This document shows, piece after piece, positions 13,177-26,100 of a stretch of DNA of 64,000 nt. The stretch is from the NCBI RefSeq assembly GCF_018977255.1, contig NW_024704770.1, forward strand, positions 3,038,001-3,102,000, in the 5' to 3' direction. Under the pieces are notes generated by a model. That model saw nothing but the letters and a program-made list of their open reading frames with translations, was not told the origin of the DNA and ran no database searches. This stretch comes from Callorhinchus milii. Its lineage: Eukaryota. Numbering within the stretch: position 1 is the first letter of the stretch; every line of letters starts with the position of its first letter. A program made the translations under genes and the position numbers.

Positions 13177-13906
13177 GCACAGTAGGGCGTTCAACACCCA
13201 CTTTAGGCCCTTCCCACCAACTCCAGATAGGTAGATACTGAGCTGCCTGTGGCTCAGGTTACAGCAGCTTTTAAGTCCCCGAGCTGATCTGTACAAACAG
13301 GTTTCAGAAAGAGCTGCACTTCAAGCAACCTCGGAGTTACTAAGTTTTCCAACCGTCGAAGAAAATATCACCAAGTGTATTTGCTTGATACTGAGAGCAG
13401 CTGACTCTCAGCGCACGGCTTTGCTTGATCAATGTGATTAAAACCTGCATCCAAAAATAACCTTAACTGGCTTCCTTGTCAAGCCACCTTTCAGGTCAGA
13501 AACTGGGAACAATGCAGACAGCCCGAGGCACGTTAGCCAAATGAAGCCTGTTTTTACAGCCCCGTTTGCCGCTCCGAGCGGAATAACGTTGATAGTGTTA
13601 ACGTACGGCTTACAGTAACGCTGAGAAGTCTCAAAGCGCTTCACAGGGCATTGCTGCCCAGTATAGTGACTGTGTATTTGCATTCAAACACAGCAGCATA
13701 ATAGCACAGCTAGGTCCCACGCAGCCATGAGGTGACTGACCAGTTGATCTGAGGGATTCGAAGTGAGCCAGGACACTTGAGAAACTCCGCTCTCNTTTTT
13801 CAGTGTCAGGGGTTCTTTAAGTTGAATGGGCAGACAGTTTCCATTGGAGGTCGTGCTTTCAGCCACGACACCCCAAAACACTAGAACACTCTCCCTCAAA
13901 ACCTCT

Positions 13907-14212
13907 ACCTTGCCCCCACTCTCTCTCCCTCTATCCCTCCGCCTCGCCCCCGCTCTCTCTCCCTCTATCCCTCCGCCTTGCCCCCGCTCTCTCTCCCTCT
14001 ATCCCTCCGCCTTGCCCCCGCTCTCTCTCCCTCTATCCCTCCGCCTTGCCCCCGCTCTCTCTCCCTCTATCCTCCGCCTTGCCCCCGCTCTCTCTCCCTC
14101 TATCCCTCCGCCTTGCCCCGCTCTCTCTCCCTCTATCCCTCCGCCTTGCCCCCGCTCTCTCTCCCTCTATCCCTCCGCCTTGCCCCCCTTCTCTCTCCCT
14201 CTATCCCTCCAC
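13907..14212 (+). repeat. 34-bp pyrimidine-rich minisatellite (~9 copies) inside an L2 fragment
   Basis: Unit CCCCCGCTCTCTCTCCCTCTATCCCTCCGCCTTG, followed by the L2 end (FKSRLKTFFFDRA). Confidence 0.9.
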
Positions 14213-15546
14213 CTTATGCCCCCCCATCTTTTCCTCTCTTTCAAGTCCCGCCTGAAAACTTTCTTCTTCGACCGTGCTTAAGGCCACCTTTCCCCGCCCC
14301 CCCCCCCCCACCCAGCTCGGAGTCAGGTTCCGCCACTGTTAAGAGCTCTGAGACGCTACCCTGCACGGAGGGCCCGGTGTAAGTGCACGTTGTTGTTGTT
14401 TGGTTGTTGGTGTAACATGTGATAATAATCCTTGCATTTGATGTCGTGCCTTTTCGAGAAGTCTCAAAGCGCTTCGCAGAATAAACATAAAGCGAATTGA
14501 CTGCACACTTGTAGAACTGAATGCTGGCCCGGGAGCTAGGGCGATTAATCCAGTGGGCTTTTGTTCGCTTAGGGTGTGGTGGTTTTGATAGTTAAATGTG
14601 ACCATGGGCAACAGAATTGGTTGGTGGTGTTCTGCTCTGTGGGAGTGTTGCTGCCTGTAAGGCTCTTATTTCACACGCAAGTTTTAAACGCTGTTTTGTA
14701 GTGTCAAGCCCGACTGCTGCTTGAAATAGATTCAACATTTCACCTTCAAATTTCTAACCTTACCTTGATTAAAGTGAGAGTGGGCTTGCAAGCAAGCTGT
14801 GGCTAACCTCTCCCAACTGACTAACTCAGCACATACTGTACCTGTGACCTCTTTGTCTCTCTGAGTCTGTCTCTGTCTCCCTCAGCCTCCCATGTCTCTC
14901 TCCCTCACACAACAACAAAGCATTTATGTTATAGTCCTTCACGCCAACAGTGTCCCAAAGCATATCACACTCTCTTTCAGTCTCTCGTATACCTCAATCT
15001 CTTCCTCTCTCTCTCTCTCTCTTCCCCCTCTCTCTCCTTATCATACGCACGCACACCGTCTCTCTTTCTATCTTCTTCCTTTCTCTCTCAGTCCCGGTGT
15101 CGTTATGTCCCTCTCTCTCTCTCTTCTTCCAGCAGCAAAGCTCTGTAGCCGAGTGCACTGTATACTCATTAATTTATTTGCTGCTGACCTGTAACTATTA
15201 GAATAAACTGGTTTTGAGCTGCACACCTGCCACGTGAACTAAGGTGCAAGCTGAGGGAGGCGGGGGATGTTTTTGAGGGGGAAGTTTCTGAAGGTTTGCA
15301 TATTAGGAGCAGCAAACAGCCAGGGGGTGAAATGGCAATTTACATCAAGAATTATTATCCAGGACACTGGGAGAAACCGCCCTCTCTTTTCCAATAGTGT
15401 TGCACAATCTTTACCGTCGTCTTGAACATTCATAAACGCTTTGGGACGTCCTCCTGACGTGAAATGCGCTATATCAAATGCAAGGATTATTATTATTATC
15501 CATCTGAAAGATGGCAACTCTGTTAATAAAGAGGCTTCCCCCAGTT

Positions 15547-15912
15547 GGAGTTCTGTAGCTCAGTGGTTAGAGCACTCGCCTCGCAAGCAAGCGAGAGACC
15601 TGGGTTCGATTCCCATCCGGGCGGGTCAAGGCAAAACATTGGGCAAGTTTCCTTACTCCCCACACGGACGCCTCTGTTTACCAGCAGTAAGTAGGAACCC
15701 GGTTATTAGTCGGTTGGTGCTTTTCCGGGGGCAATAATTCCAAAAAAAAAATTGGCCAGTCAATCCACAACAGTTTGCGGCACACTTTGGCAATTGGCTG
15801 CCGCATTTCGCCCACAGAATACGCAGTCGATTCACTTTACAGTACATTCTGTGAAGCGTTTTGAGATAGATGAGGCGCTATATCAAATGCAAGGATTATT
15901 ATCATTATTATT
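15547..15912 (+). mobile_element. Full-length tRNA-derived SINE with L2-like 3' end and (TTA)n tail
   Basis: A box GTAGCTCAGTGG and B box GGTTCGATTCC; body shared by many copies in the window; ends in AAATGCAAGG(ATT)n. Confidence 0.85.
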
Positions 15913-16604
15913 ATACTTATTACAGCCCTGGGGTGCTGTCCTAAAAAGTAAGCTCAAAGTCCTGATGCAAGGGGGGCTTGAAACCACCCAGAACCTTTGA
16001 TTCAAGAGGCAAGATTGCTAGTAACTGAGCCAGGCTAACATCAAATCAATTCAGTCAATTGAGAGCACAAGATTTCTTAGATTCGAGTGAAAGGATGGTG
16101 CCTCTGGGTTTAACAGACTCAATGGGCAAGTTCACACTCACCCTGGAACTCCATCTGTTTGCCCAGGAGATACAGAGCTGATTGACTCATCTCCACAGAG
16201 GAATGTTTCTATTGCAAATTTGGGTGTGAGTGATTCATCTCGGGCCACATTGTCCTATTTACTTCAACTGTGACTTCCTGGGCAGAGTGCAACCTTGAGC
16301 AGGTTTCCTTACTCCACACACAAGCGCCTCTGCTTACCCAGCAGTAAGTAGGAACCCGGTTGTTAGTCGATTTTGGGACGGCTTTTCCGGGGTAAAAAAA
16401 ATCCTAGTCGCTCAATCCACGCCTGTTTGTGGGGACGCTGCTGTGCGCAATTGGCTGCCGCGTTTCGCCCACAAAATATACAGTCAATTCACTTTACAGT
16501 GTATTCTGTGAAGCGCTTTGGGACGTCTTAAAGATATAATAAGGCGCTGTATCAAATGCAGGGATTGTTATTATGAGCTGAGCCATTCTTTGGGCAAGAC
16601 GTCA

Positions 16605-16850
16605 TTCATAGAATCTTACAGCACAAAAGGTGGCCATTCAGCCCATTGTGCCTGTGCCAACTCTTTGAAAAAGCTATCCAACTGGTCCCACTACCCCGCT
16701 CTTACCCCATAGCCCCGCAAATTTTACTTTTCAAGTGCCTATCTAATTCCCTTTTGGGAGCTACTATCAAATCTGCCTCCACCACCCTTTCAGGCAGCAA
16801 GTTCCAGATCCTAACAACTCTCTGGGTCAAAAAAATTCTGTGGCATTTCT
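16605..16850 (-). mobile_element. CR1-like LINE 3' end
   Basis: Recurring end GGGCTGAATGGCC...TGTGCTGTAAGATTCTATG, also seen near 8860, 31780, 37085, 49620 and 62578. Confidence 0.6.
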
Positions 16851-18079
16851 CTGCCTGTTAATGATCCTGTTACACAGTTGGAAAAGAATAGGAGCTGTTT
16901 ACTCTGGAGGTTTGACCTGAAAGTCAAACACCAAATCTACTTTCAGTCAACTGAGAGCAAAATATTTCTTAGATCAGAGGCAAATAGGGGAGCGTTGGGG
17001 GTGTGACGGTTTATTGTTCACCATCTAGGCTCAGGCTCAGGCTCAGTCTCAATGGGTTGAGGTTTTCCCAGAAAGTCAAACATCAACAACAAATGACATT
17101 CACACATCCACACCTGAGCTGGGGGTTAGGATAAGGAGGGGTGGAGGGCGGGGAGGGTGGGGGTAGGAGGGAGGGAGGCACGGTTGAAGAGGAAGGTCTT
17201 GAGACGGGTCTCAAAGGAGGTGAGGGAGGGGGCGAGAGAAGCGGAGGGACTGTAGGATGGAGTTCCAGAGGGTGGGGGCAGAGAGGGCACCAGCTGCTCA
17301 ATCAGCAACAGAGAGAGAAATGTGAGGCTAAGTGGGGAGAAGAAGAGTGAGTGAGTGAGTGAGTGAGTGAGGAGGATCCAGACAGATTAGGGTGTAAACC
17401 AGTGCAAACAGCTTGAAACAGAGTCAGATATCGCTGATGCTGAGGCCACTTTTCCCACACGCACATTTCTCAGGGTTTTTACTCAACTAACAGGTCTCAC
17501 TAAACAGTCCTGACGTGAGAGAGAGAGAGAGACGCTGGACACACACACACACACTGTACAAGGGCTTTCATTCTGTGACAGCTGCACCTGGGATTGTTTT
17601 TCTGACTGTTATTTACTAAATACGATTCTCATCACATTGGAATTGGCAGGTGAGAACATTTACATGGAAGTCCTCTAACTGATTGTAGATTGTAGCTGCT
17701 GAGGCAGATTTCAGCCCTGGGAGCTGGGTTCAGCTAACTCAGCTGCCTGTGGAAGAGGAAAGTTTGAAGCCTGCAACTTGTCGGTCTGTAAATCTACTTC
17801 TTCCACCGACCTCAGGCAAAGCATGAACATACAATAAATCTCCTGCCTGTCAGAGCACCTGGAGACAGCCCAGAGGCTATGTGGCACATTCCAGAGAGAT
17901 TGTCCAGGCCTGCAAACAGACACTCCCTGAGATCAGACATGAGCAGAGATGGCAGGTGGGAGCAGAACAATTCAGAGGCAGTTTCCTTTTCTGGCAGGAG
18001 TTCACGTACTGACACAGCCCTGTATCACCCTGGGCAATGCACCGACAGACTCTGAGCCCATTTCATTATTTTAGACACT

Positions 18080-18467
18080 ATAATAATAATTGCGTTTGAT
18101 ACAGCGATTTATCACGAGATAGAGAGGTCTCAAAGCGCTTCACAGGATATACTGGAAAGTGAATTGACTGGATATTTTATGGGCGAAACGCCAACTGCAC
18201 ACAGCAGCGTCCCCACAAACAGTCGTGGATCGAGGGACCCAATTTTTTTTAATATAAACTTTACTTGTATTTTTGCAAAAAGAGTACCCCCGGAAAAGCG
18301 ATCCGCCAATCGACTAACAATCGGGTTCCTACTGACTGCTGAGGTGAACAGAGGCGTGCGTGTGGAGAAAGGAGACTTGCTTACGTTTCGTTTTTGTCCT
18401 ACTGGGAATCAAACCCAGGTCCCCTCATCTTGTGAGGCGAGGGCTCTAACCGCTGAGCTACGGGACT
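18080..18467 (-). mobile_element. tRNA-derived SINE copy
   Basis: Reverse complement of the 15547 element, head to tail. Confidence 0.8.
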
Positions 18468-18724
18468 GCGCCGTTGGTGTTCCATTGTCACCTGTGTTTC
18501 TGTTGTTCCGTGCCCACACACACTGCGCCTGTTATGCGGAGGGAAAGGCCATGGTCAGTGAAGGTTCATGGTCACCTTCAGGATTGTCTAACATTCCAGC
18601 TGTATGTATGTTTAAGGAGAGGTTAATGTGTGGGTGAGGCAGCCCTAAAGGATTAAGCATTGAAAAATGTGGTGGATCTAAGGCCAAAAATGTCTAAAAT
18701 ATTAAAGGCAGATGTTCATGTAAT

Positions 18725-19090
18725 AACAAGAACAACACATGACATTTACACAGCGCCTTTCATGTCAGGAGGACGTCCCAAGGCGCTGGACAGTCAGGGA
18801 TCCGCACCTGAGCTGGTGGTTGGGATCAGGAGGGGGTGTAGGGCAGAAAGGGTAGGGGTAGGAGAGTGACCGAAGGCGCGGTCGAAGAGGAGGGTCTTGA
18901 GAACGGTCTTGAAGGAGGTACTGGGGTAGGGGGGGTGGGCAAGGCAGAGGGACTGTGGGATGGAGTTCCAGTAGGTGGGGGCAGAGGGGCTGAAAGCCCG
19001 CCCGCCAATGGTGGGGTGAGCGAGGCGGGTGGGGGGGACGTGAAGCAGACCGGAGCCCGCTGAGCGGAGGGAGCGGACAGGTTGGTAGGG
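18725..19090 (-). mobile_element. L2-like 3' fragment
   Basis: Minus-strand translation GGRAFSPSAPTYWNSIP...[15 protein letters not shown] is typical of the L2 ORF2 C-terminus. Confidence 0.75.
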
Positions 19091-22000
19091 GAACAGTAAT
19101 AATACTTGCATTTGATATAGAGCCGTATCAAGTCTGTTAGACGTCTCAAAGCACAGCGGAGGCGAGGAAGCTTGTTAGACATAGAAATCGGGACTTGAGC
19201 TCACAGTCTAGACTGGACTCCAGAACATTGCTTGGGAAAGCGCTGCCTTATCACAGCCTTATCATCCTTGTCAGGACGTCTCAAAGCGCTTCGCAGGATC
19301 TACTGTAAAGTGTAGTGACTGCATATTTTGTGGGCATGTGCACAGCAGCATCCCGCAAACAGCCGAGTGCGGTGTGCGTGTGAGTGTGTGTGAGCGTGAC
19401 CAATTTTGGCCAGGACACCAAGAGAAAACTCACTAGTCCTTTTCGAATGGTGCCATGAGGTCTTTTTATGAGTCCTGAACAAGCAACAACAACAACAACA
19501 GCTTGCGTTTATCGAGGGGAGGGTATCTCGGTTTAAAGTCTCATCCAACGGACTGCACCTCCTTCAGCGCTGGGTTGGAAACCGTGTGATTCCAAGTCCC
19601 GGCTTGGAGCTAAACCCACAACCTGCTGGTTTGGGGCCGAGATCACCACCACTGAGCCGGGCTGATGCACACATATTTGAGAAGATGTGGCAAGAATTCA
19701 GGCAGGGCATGTGTCCTAATCTGCCTCAGCTGCACAGTTAATTGTATAGCACAGAAGGAGGCCATTCGGCCCGTCGCGACAGTGATTGAAAGAGCTGTCC
19801 AAATTAACCCCACTCCCCCGCGCTCTCCCCATAGCCCGGCAAATTTGCCCTCCCCAAATATCTATCTACATCTGTAATAAATCGGATTATTTTACTGCAC
19901 TCAGCATTTAACCAGGGAGTTGCATCTCCGAGTCCAGAAATTTGTGTTCCTTCTCCACCGCTCTTTTGTCGTCTCCCGCTCATTCTGTACGGAGAGAGAT
20001 TAAGTCACCTGCAGAGAGAGAGAGGGAGACATATATATAGGCAGAGAGAGAGAGAGAGAGATCGCTTGCTGTGCAGAGAGATATAGTAACACAGTAACTG
20101 GGCATTGGATGAATTTAGAAGTTCATTAGCAATGGATGTGTGTGCACATGTATGTTTGTGGAGACGCTCCTGTGCGCATTCAGCTGCCGGGTTTCACCCA
20201 CAAAACATACAGTCGATTCACTTTACAGTGTGTCCTCTGAAGCGCTTTGAGATGTCTCGAAGACGTGATAAGGCGCTGCGTCAAATGCGAGGATTATTAT
20301 TATTGTGCATGTATGCATAAGTGTGTGCGCTTGAGTGTATGTGAGTGTCTGAGCGTGTGAAATACCTCAGCTACAGGTCCCAGCTGGTTGTGTAAACTGT
20401 GCAGCTCTCTGTAAGACCATATTTGGAAAATTAAGCTTAAATCTTGGCACATCACTGCCAAAGGGATGTAGAGAAACTGCCAAAGAGCAAGATCCAACGA
20501 GGTAAAAATGTAATCACCTGAGATACACTTTTAAGGTGTCGTGCTGACACGAAAGGTGGCACATCAATGACAAATCATTATTTTATTAATTTAATTAAGA
20601 GACATCCCACCCCCAGGCAAGGACAGAGAAGCCTGCTTCGATGAGAGACTGTAGCTCTCCTCCGTATAGCTTTATTCCCTATCCCAGCCCCTCAGAGAGC
20701 GCTGTTTGTATAGTGAAGGGCGCTATACAAATGTAATTTGTTGTTGTTTTCCCAGTCGGGGTGTCTGTCTGACACACACGAAAACCCATCACCGTTGCTT
20801 AAGAATCTCCAAACCAAGCTGAGATTTCCACGCATCCCACCTACACATGGAAATCCCACAGATAGATTGTTGGAATGGAATGCACTCTCTCTCTCTCTGG
20901 AGGGATGCATCCTGATTACCTAATTCCGGAGAGAATTAGGCGCAGGTTGGCAAGAGCCGAGGCTTTTGGGGGGTGGGGGGGGGAGCCCAGAGTGTGCGTT
21001 GGGGGTAACTGCTGGAGTCCAACCAGCTAAACCCACACACAGCTTGGCCACTGACATTGCTGTCTGGCCAAGCTTTCCCGCTGCTTGTCCAGCTCGGACC
21101 ACCCACCCCGTTAGTTAGGGCTTTAGCTGTGGGGTTACCAGGAGCTGAGGTCGAGGATTCCCTGCCCCCAGGGACTGGTCGGCCCTCCCAGGTCCTGCCT
21201 ATGAGCCGGGCCGGGCTGTGCTGCCATCAGCAGTGAGTGCCCTGGGACACTGCGGCCCCTCCTGGCTCAGGAACCGGGGACTAGAGACCGTCACAGAGGC
21301 CTGGCTCCATTCCCACATTCCGTTGCCCGGCCGGTCACCTTGGGCCAGTTCAGCTGCAAGGAGACCCCGACCCTCATCTCCCAGCGTGATGCCTCTGGAG
21401 ACAATAGGACCTGAGTTTGCACCGTATTTGATGCAGCGCCTTATGACTGTTATTGAAGCACAACACAGGATGTTCCTGCAAAGTGTAGTGACTGTGTACA
21501 GCGATACCTGGTAGCAATAGCTTGGAGATGTCTCGAAGACTTGATAAGGCGCTGTGTCAAATGCCAGGATTATTATTATTATTATTATTACAGCAATACA
21601 CTGCAAAGGCAATTTCCAGGGTCTGTGCCGGGGACACAGCTGATGCTGTCACCTACTGACCACCGTGTGGTACTGCTGTTTAATCAGTTTTTGTCATATA
21701 GTGCCCCCCATCGGGTTAAGTGCACTATTGCATTGTGAAGTGTCTGCGCTCCAAGGTTATGTGTACACGGTGAGAGAGGGCAATCTGTGGCCCTGAGGTA
21801 GCTGGGATGTGAGCCTGGTGACTGTGTTAGCCGTTGCTGTGCTGTTATGTGTAAATATTCCAATGTGGAGTCAGCTGAATGGGAAGCTTCTCCAGCTTGT
21901 GTTGACACCACCATGAGATGGTAACAGTCGCTTGGAGCTCCTGCCTCCTGCCCACTCAGTGCCACTCACTGTCAGCAACGCCAAACCTCACTGTCCTCAC

Positions 22001-22200
22001 TGGGTAGGGCTCTCAGCAAAGCCTCATCCATTGAAGACTGCATTTGGTCCAACGGGGAAATGCAGCAGGATTCCTAGGTGATTGCGCAGTGACGACCCTT
22101 CACCTCCAACAACATGGGGTGGGTTTATGGTCCTGACTGTCTTGACTGCCTCGGATGGACAGAGTAGCATCCAGGACAGTCAAAGCTTTCAGACTATTGT

Positions 22201-22481
22201 GGAGTAGTGGTTAGAGCACTCACTCGCCTGGCAAGCGAGAGGACTGGGTTTGATTCCCGCCCGGGCAGTGCAAAACATTAGGCAAGTTTCCTTACTCCAC
22301 ACTCTTCTGTTTAGCTAGCAGTAAGTAGGGACCCGGTTGTTAGTCCACTGGCGCATCACTTTACTTGGTAATAATCCCTTGAAAAAATACTGTAATAATA
22401 ATTCAGTCACTCAATCCGTGAAGCGCTTTGAGATGTGTTGAAGATGTGCTAAGGCACTATATCAAATGCAAGGATTATTAT
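22201..22481 (+). mobile_element. tRNA-derived SINE, internally deleted
   Basis: Head and tail match the 15547 copy. Confidence 0.7.
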
Positions 22482-22538
22482 CAGAATGATTATTATTATG
22501 ACCGCACTCTCACAGACAGTTCCATCTTAAACGTAGTA

Positions 22539-22544
22539 TTTATT
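22539..22544 (-). promoter_or_regulatory. Candidate polyadenylation signal of keratin C
   Basis: AATAAA on -, ~600 nt past the stop. Confidence 0.45.
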
Positions 22545-23145
22545 GCACACAACAACGACCCAGGACATCCCAACTAATCCTGAAATCTCAGCCCAGCCCT
22601 CCGAACCACCGCACACCACCGGCACCACATGGTGCAGAAACCGCACACCCGGGATAGCAAATCCCATACAAGTACGGCGCATGCAATACAGAACAGTAAC
22701 GCGTAGCAACAGAAGTCTACGCTTAACCCAAAGCCATTCCCTTTCGCCCGCACGATCCTGCTCAGATCTGTGGCTGTTGTTGGAGACCATCAGCTGTGTT
22801 ACGGCTGTGTTTCTGTGGAGTGTTCCTCTGAGCTGTATTCCACAGTCTCAGTCTTGATGACCTGCAACAAAGGGACCCAGATTACCCACATGACCCAACT
22901 CCCATTTAGTCCCTGTGTGGGTCCTGTCTTGCCTCTACCTTGCTCGAGCCAGCCCCCTTTATAATAATACTTGATATAGCGCTTACATCAACTATTTTGT
23001 TTCGCCCGCAAAAACACACAGTCACTCCGCTTTACGGTATATTTGGTGAAGCCCTTTGAGACGTCTCAACCATGTGATGAGGCGCTATATCAAGTGGATT
23101 CCAGTCTCAGTTCAAAGCTTGAAGCTTAAACGCCCTCCCCCAGGC

Positions 23146-26100
23146 TCAGGCCTTCACCCCTGTGGTTTTGGGCTGTTGTTGCTGACGTAAAGCGCGAGAG
23201 GGAGAGCTCACCTGTACTCCAGTGACACCATCTCCGCTCAGATCCTGAGGATTCCCGATTGCGGCCTCAGATGTCATCTCACTCTGTGTCTCCAGCTTAG
23301 TCACTAACGTCTCAGTCTGTATGTCAGGCACAATGTCAAACTGTACCTCCAGCTTCTCTGTCTGTGTGTCAGGCAGAGTCACAGTCTGTGTGTCAAGCAG
23401 TGTCACAGTCTGTGTGTCGGGCAGTGTTACAGTCTGTGTGTCGGGCAGTGTCACAGTCTGTGTGTCGGGCAGTGTCACAGTCTGTGTGTCGGGCAGTGTC
23501 ACAGTCTGTGTGTCAGACAGAATCACAGTCTGTGTGTCGGGCAGTGTCACAGTCTGTGTGTCGGGCAGTGTCACAGTCTGTGTGTCAGACAGAATCACAG
23601 TCTGTGTGTCGGGCAGTGTCACAGTCTGTGTGTCGGGCAGTGTCACAGTCTGTGTGTCAGACAGAGTCACAGTCTGTGCGTCAGACAGAGTCACAGTCTG
23701 TGTGTCACGTGTCATGTCATACTGTGCCTCCATTCTCACAAGCTGTATGTCAGATGGCTTGTCAAACGGTACCTCCAGACTCTCCATCTGTATGTCAGGC
23801 AGAGTCAACACCCGGCTTACTATTGTCTCAACCTGTGTCTCCCTCTGTGTTTGACGGCTAATCTCTGGAGCTTGCTGTGTCTGCAGTGTCTCAGGCTGTG
23901 TCTCAAAGCAAGTCTGTATTGTCTCCAGTGTTTTAATTTGTGGCTCCAATTGAATGTGTGTGTGAGTCTCCTTAGTAGTCTTTGCCACTAGACTAGCTCC
24001 AGTTATACCCTCGTGGTAGGTCGGAATGTCAGGCTTTGTGTTAGATGTAGTCTTAGCGTCAGTCAGTGTCCAGTCTCCAGTCTCACTTCTCGCAAGAGGC
24101 CCTGTGACAATCACAGACTTAGATATAGGGTCAGCATCATCTGGATAAATAGTCTCAGTTGTGATCACTCTCCTGATCACAGTCTTAGTCTCAGTTGCTC
24201 TCTCAGCTTTAGTCTCAGCCTTGAGATCTGTCAATTCAATCAGAACAAATCAGAGTTGATTAACATCAGCATGCGTGTGTGCGTGTCTTGTACATATACA
24301 TACAACGACTTGCATTTACACAGCGCCCCTCACGTATGGTAGCGTCCCAGAGCGCAGAGCACGAAGCCGGGGGAGGGGAGGTGACCGTAGGCACTGGTCG
24401 ATTAGGAGGGTCTTCAGGCGCGACCTGAAAATGGGGAGGGAAGGGAGCAAGGGGCAAGGAAAGGAGGGAGGGATAGAGGAAGAGTGTTCCAGAGTTTCAG
24501 GCACTAGTGGCTGAAATCGCGGCCACCAATGGCGGAACGGAGGGCACGGGGGACATGCAGGAGGCCAGAGCGGGTCGAGCGGAGGCAGCGGGTTGTGGGT
24601 TTGCGGGGGGGGTTAAGCAGGTCGGAGAGGAAGGGAGCTGCCAGGGCGTATAGATACAATAACACACACACAGACACACACTCTCTTAGGATTGTTATTA
24701 TTATGATTATTATTATCTCACTGCCTTACATCCTTATCGCTCACCAACTCGTTCCATCCTTGCTAATGGCCCTGACCTTCCCAAATGGGAAGGAGAGGGG
24801 GGGAGCATGGCTGAGTATGATGAGGGGGGGAGGGCGGGCGGGGTTGGTGGGGTATGGGTGGGAGGGGGCAACACACCTACCTGAGCTAATGGTTGATCTC
24901 TTCTCACCACCCGAGGACTGCACCATCTTCCCGCTGAGAGTAGAACGGAAACAAAAGCCTCTCAGTTAGCATCCACAATCCCAACGTATAGCCTCAAGGG
25001 TGGGGGTGGGGGGGAAGTTTGGGGGCAGGGAGCAGGCAGGAGGCGGGGAGGGGAAGGGTGGGGGGGGGAAGAGCGCCAGTGTGCTCATTCACCCCAACAC
25101 CTTGCTGGTGTAAATTGGCTGCCCTCTCTCTGCCAACAAAAACAGTCAGAAACAAGGCAGCAGATCGAAAATACAACACTCCTCACGTCGGGAGGAGGTT
25201 CCGAGGCGCTGGACAGTCAGGGAATTCGCCCACAAAAACACCCAGTCGCCACACTTCACAGTAACCTCTGCGAAGCGCTCCAAGACGTCTCTAGGATCGA
25301 CGGGATGAGGCGCTGGATCAAATGCAAGGATTATTGTTATTTTTTAATTATTTGGGAGTTTCGGAAGGACCTTCGTCGCACGGCGGGTGGTGAGAATACG
25401 GAGCTTACAAGTGGGAAGCCTCGGGCGAGGACCCCCCAACGCTCACCGTAACGATCTGCGGGTTATCCCCGATTATATACCTGCCAGCTGTGTCCAGAAG
25501 GCCCCTGTAGGTGCTGATCTCGGCCTCCAGCTTGCTCTTGATGTGCAGCAGCTCCTGGTATTGCCGGCTCTGCTGTCCGGTGCCGTTCCTGAGCTCAATT
25601 AGCTCCCGCTCCAGCCCTGATAGCGCTCGCTGGTACCTGCTCAGCTCCTCCTTGTACCTCAGCTCTACCTTCAACAGCGAGTCAGCCAAGGACTGGTTCT
25701 GAAGACAGCGATGGTCAGGTTAGATATCGGCCCTCCCTTTTCGATCGTACCTTCAGTCATCTTCCCTCCTCCACCCTGCCCGCCATGCCTCTCCGAGCCC
25801 AACCCGCAACTCGGGTGCGGACCCCTCATTGCCCAGCACCCTTGGGGACATCCTCCCGACGTGAAAGGCTCTAGGTAAATGCAATTTGTTGTCGTGGTTG
25901 ACTGTTTTTGTTGGCAAACGTAGCAGGCAATCTGCACAAAGATCTGTCCCACAAATAGCCATGAAGTGAATAATAACAATAATAAAATAATAATAATAAT
26001 AATCCTGGCATTTGACCCAGCGCCTGATCACAGCTTCAAGACGTCTCAAAGCGCATCACAGCATATGCTGTAAAGTAAATCGACTGTATGTTTTGTGGGA

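Noticed and set aside
13826-14382. Pro/Leu/Ser-rich ORFs
   Set aside because: Translations of a 34-bp minisatellite and an L2 remnant
15547-15625. tRNA-like sequence with A and B boxes
   Set aside because: It is the head of a multi-copy SINE, continuous with SINE body and tail, and lacks a proper acceptor stem
14400-22500. Possible hidden gene between keratins B and C (acceptor-like site near 19985, ORF 21218-21514)
   Set aside because: No consistent exon chain or recognisable protein motif found; mostly repeats
23321-23861. Plus-strand ORFs with VTVCVSGS or QSVCRAVS repeats
   Set aside because: Antisense shadows of the keratin C coding repeat
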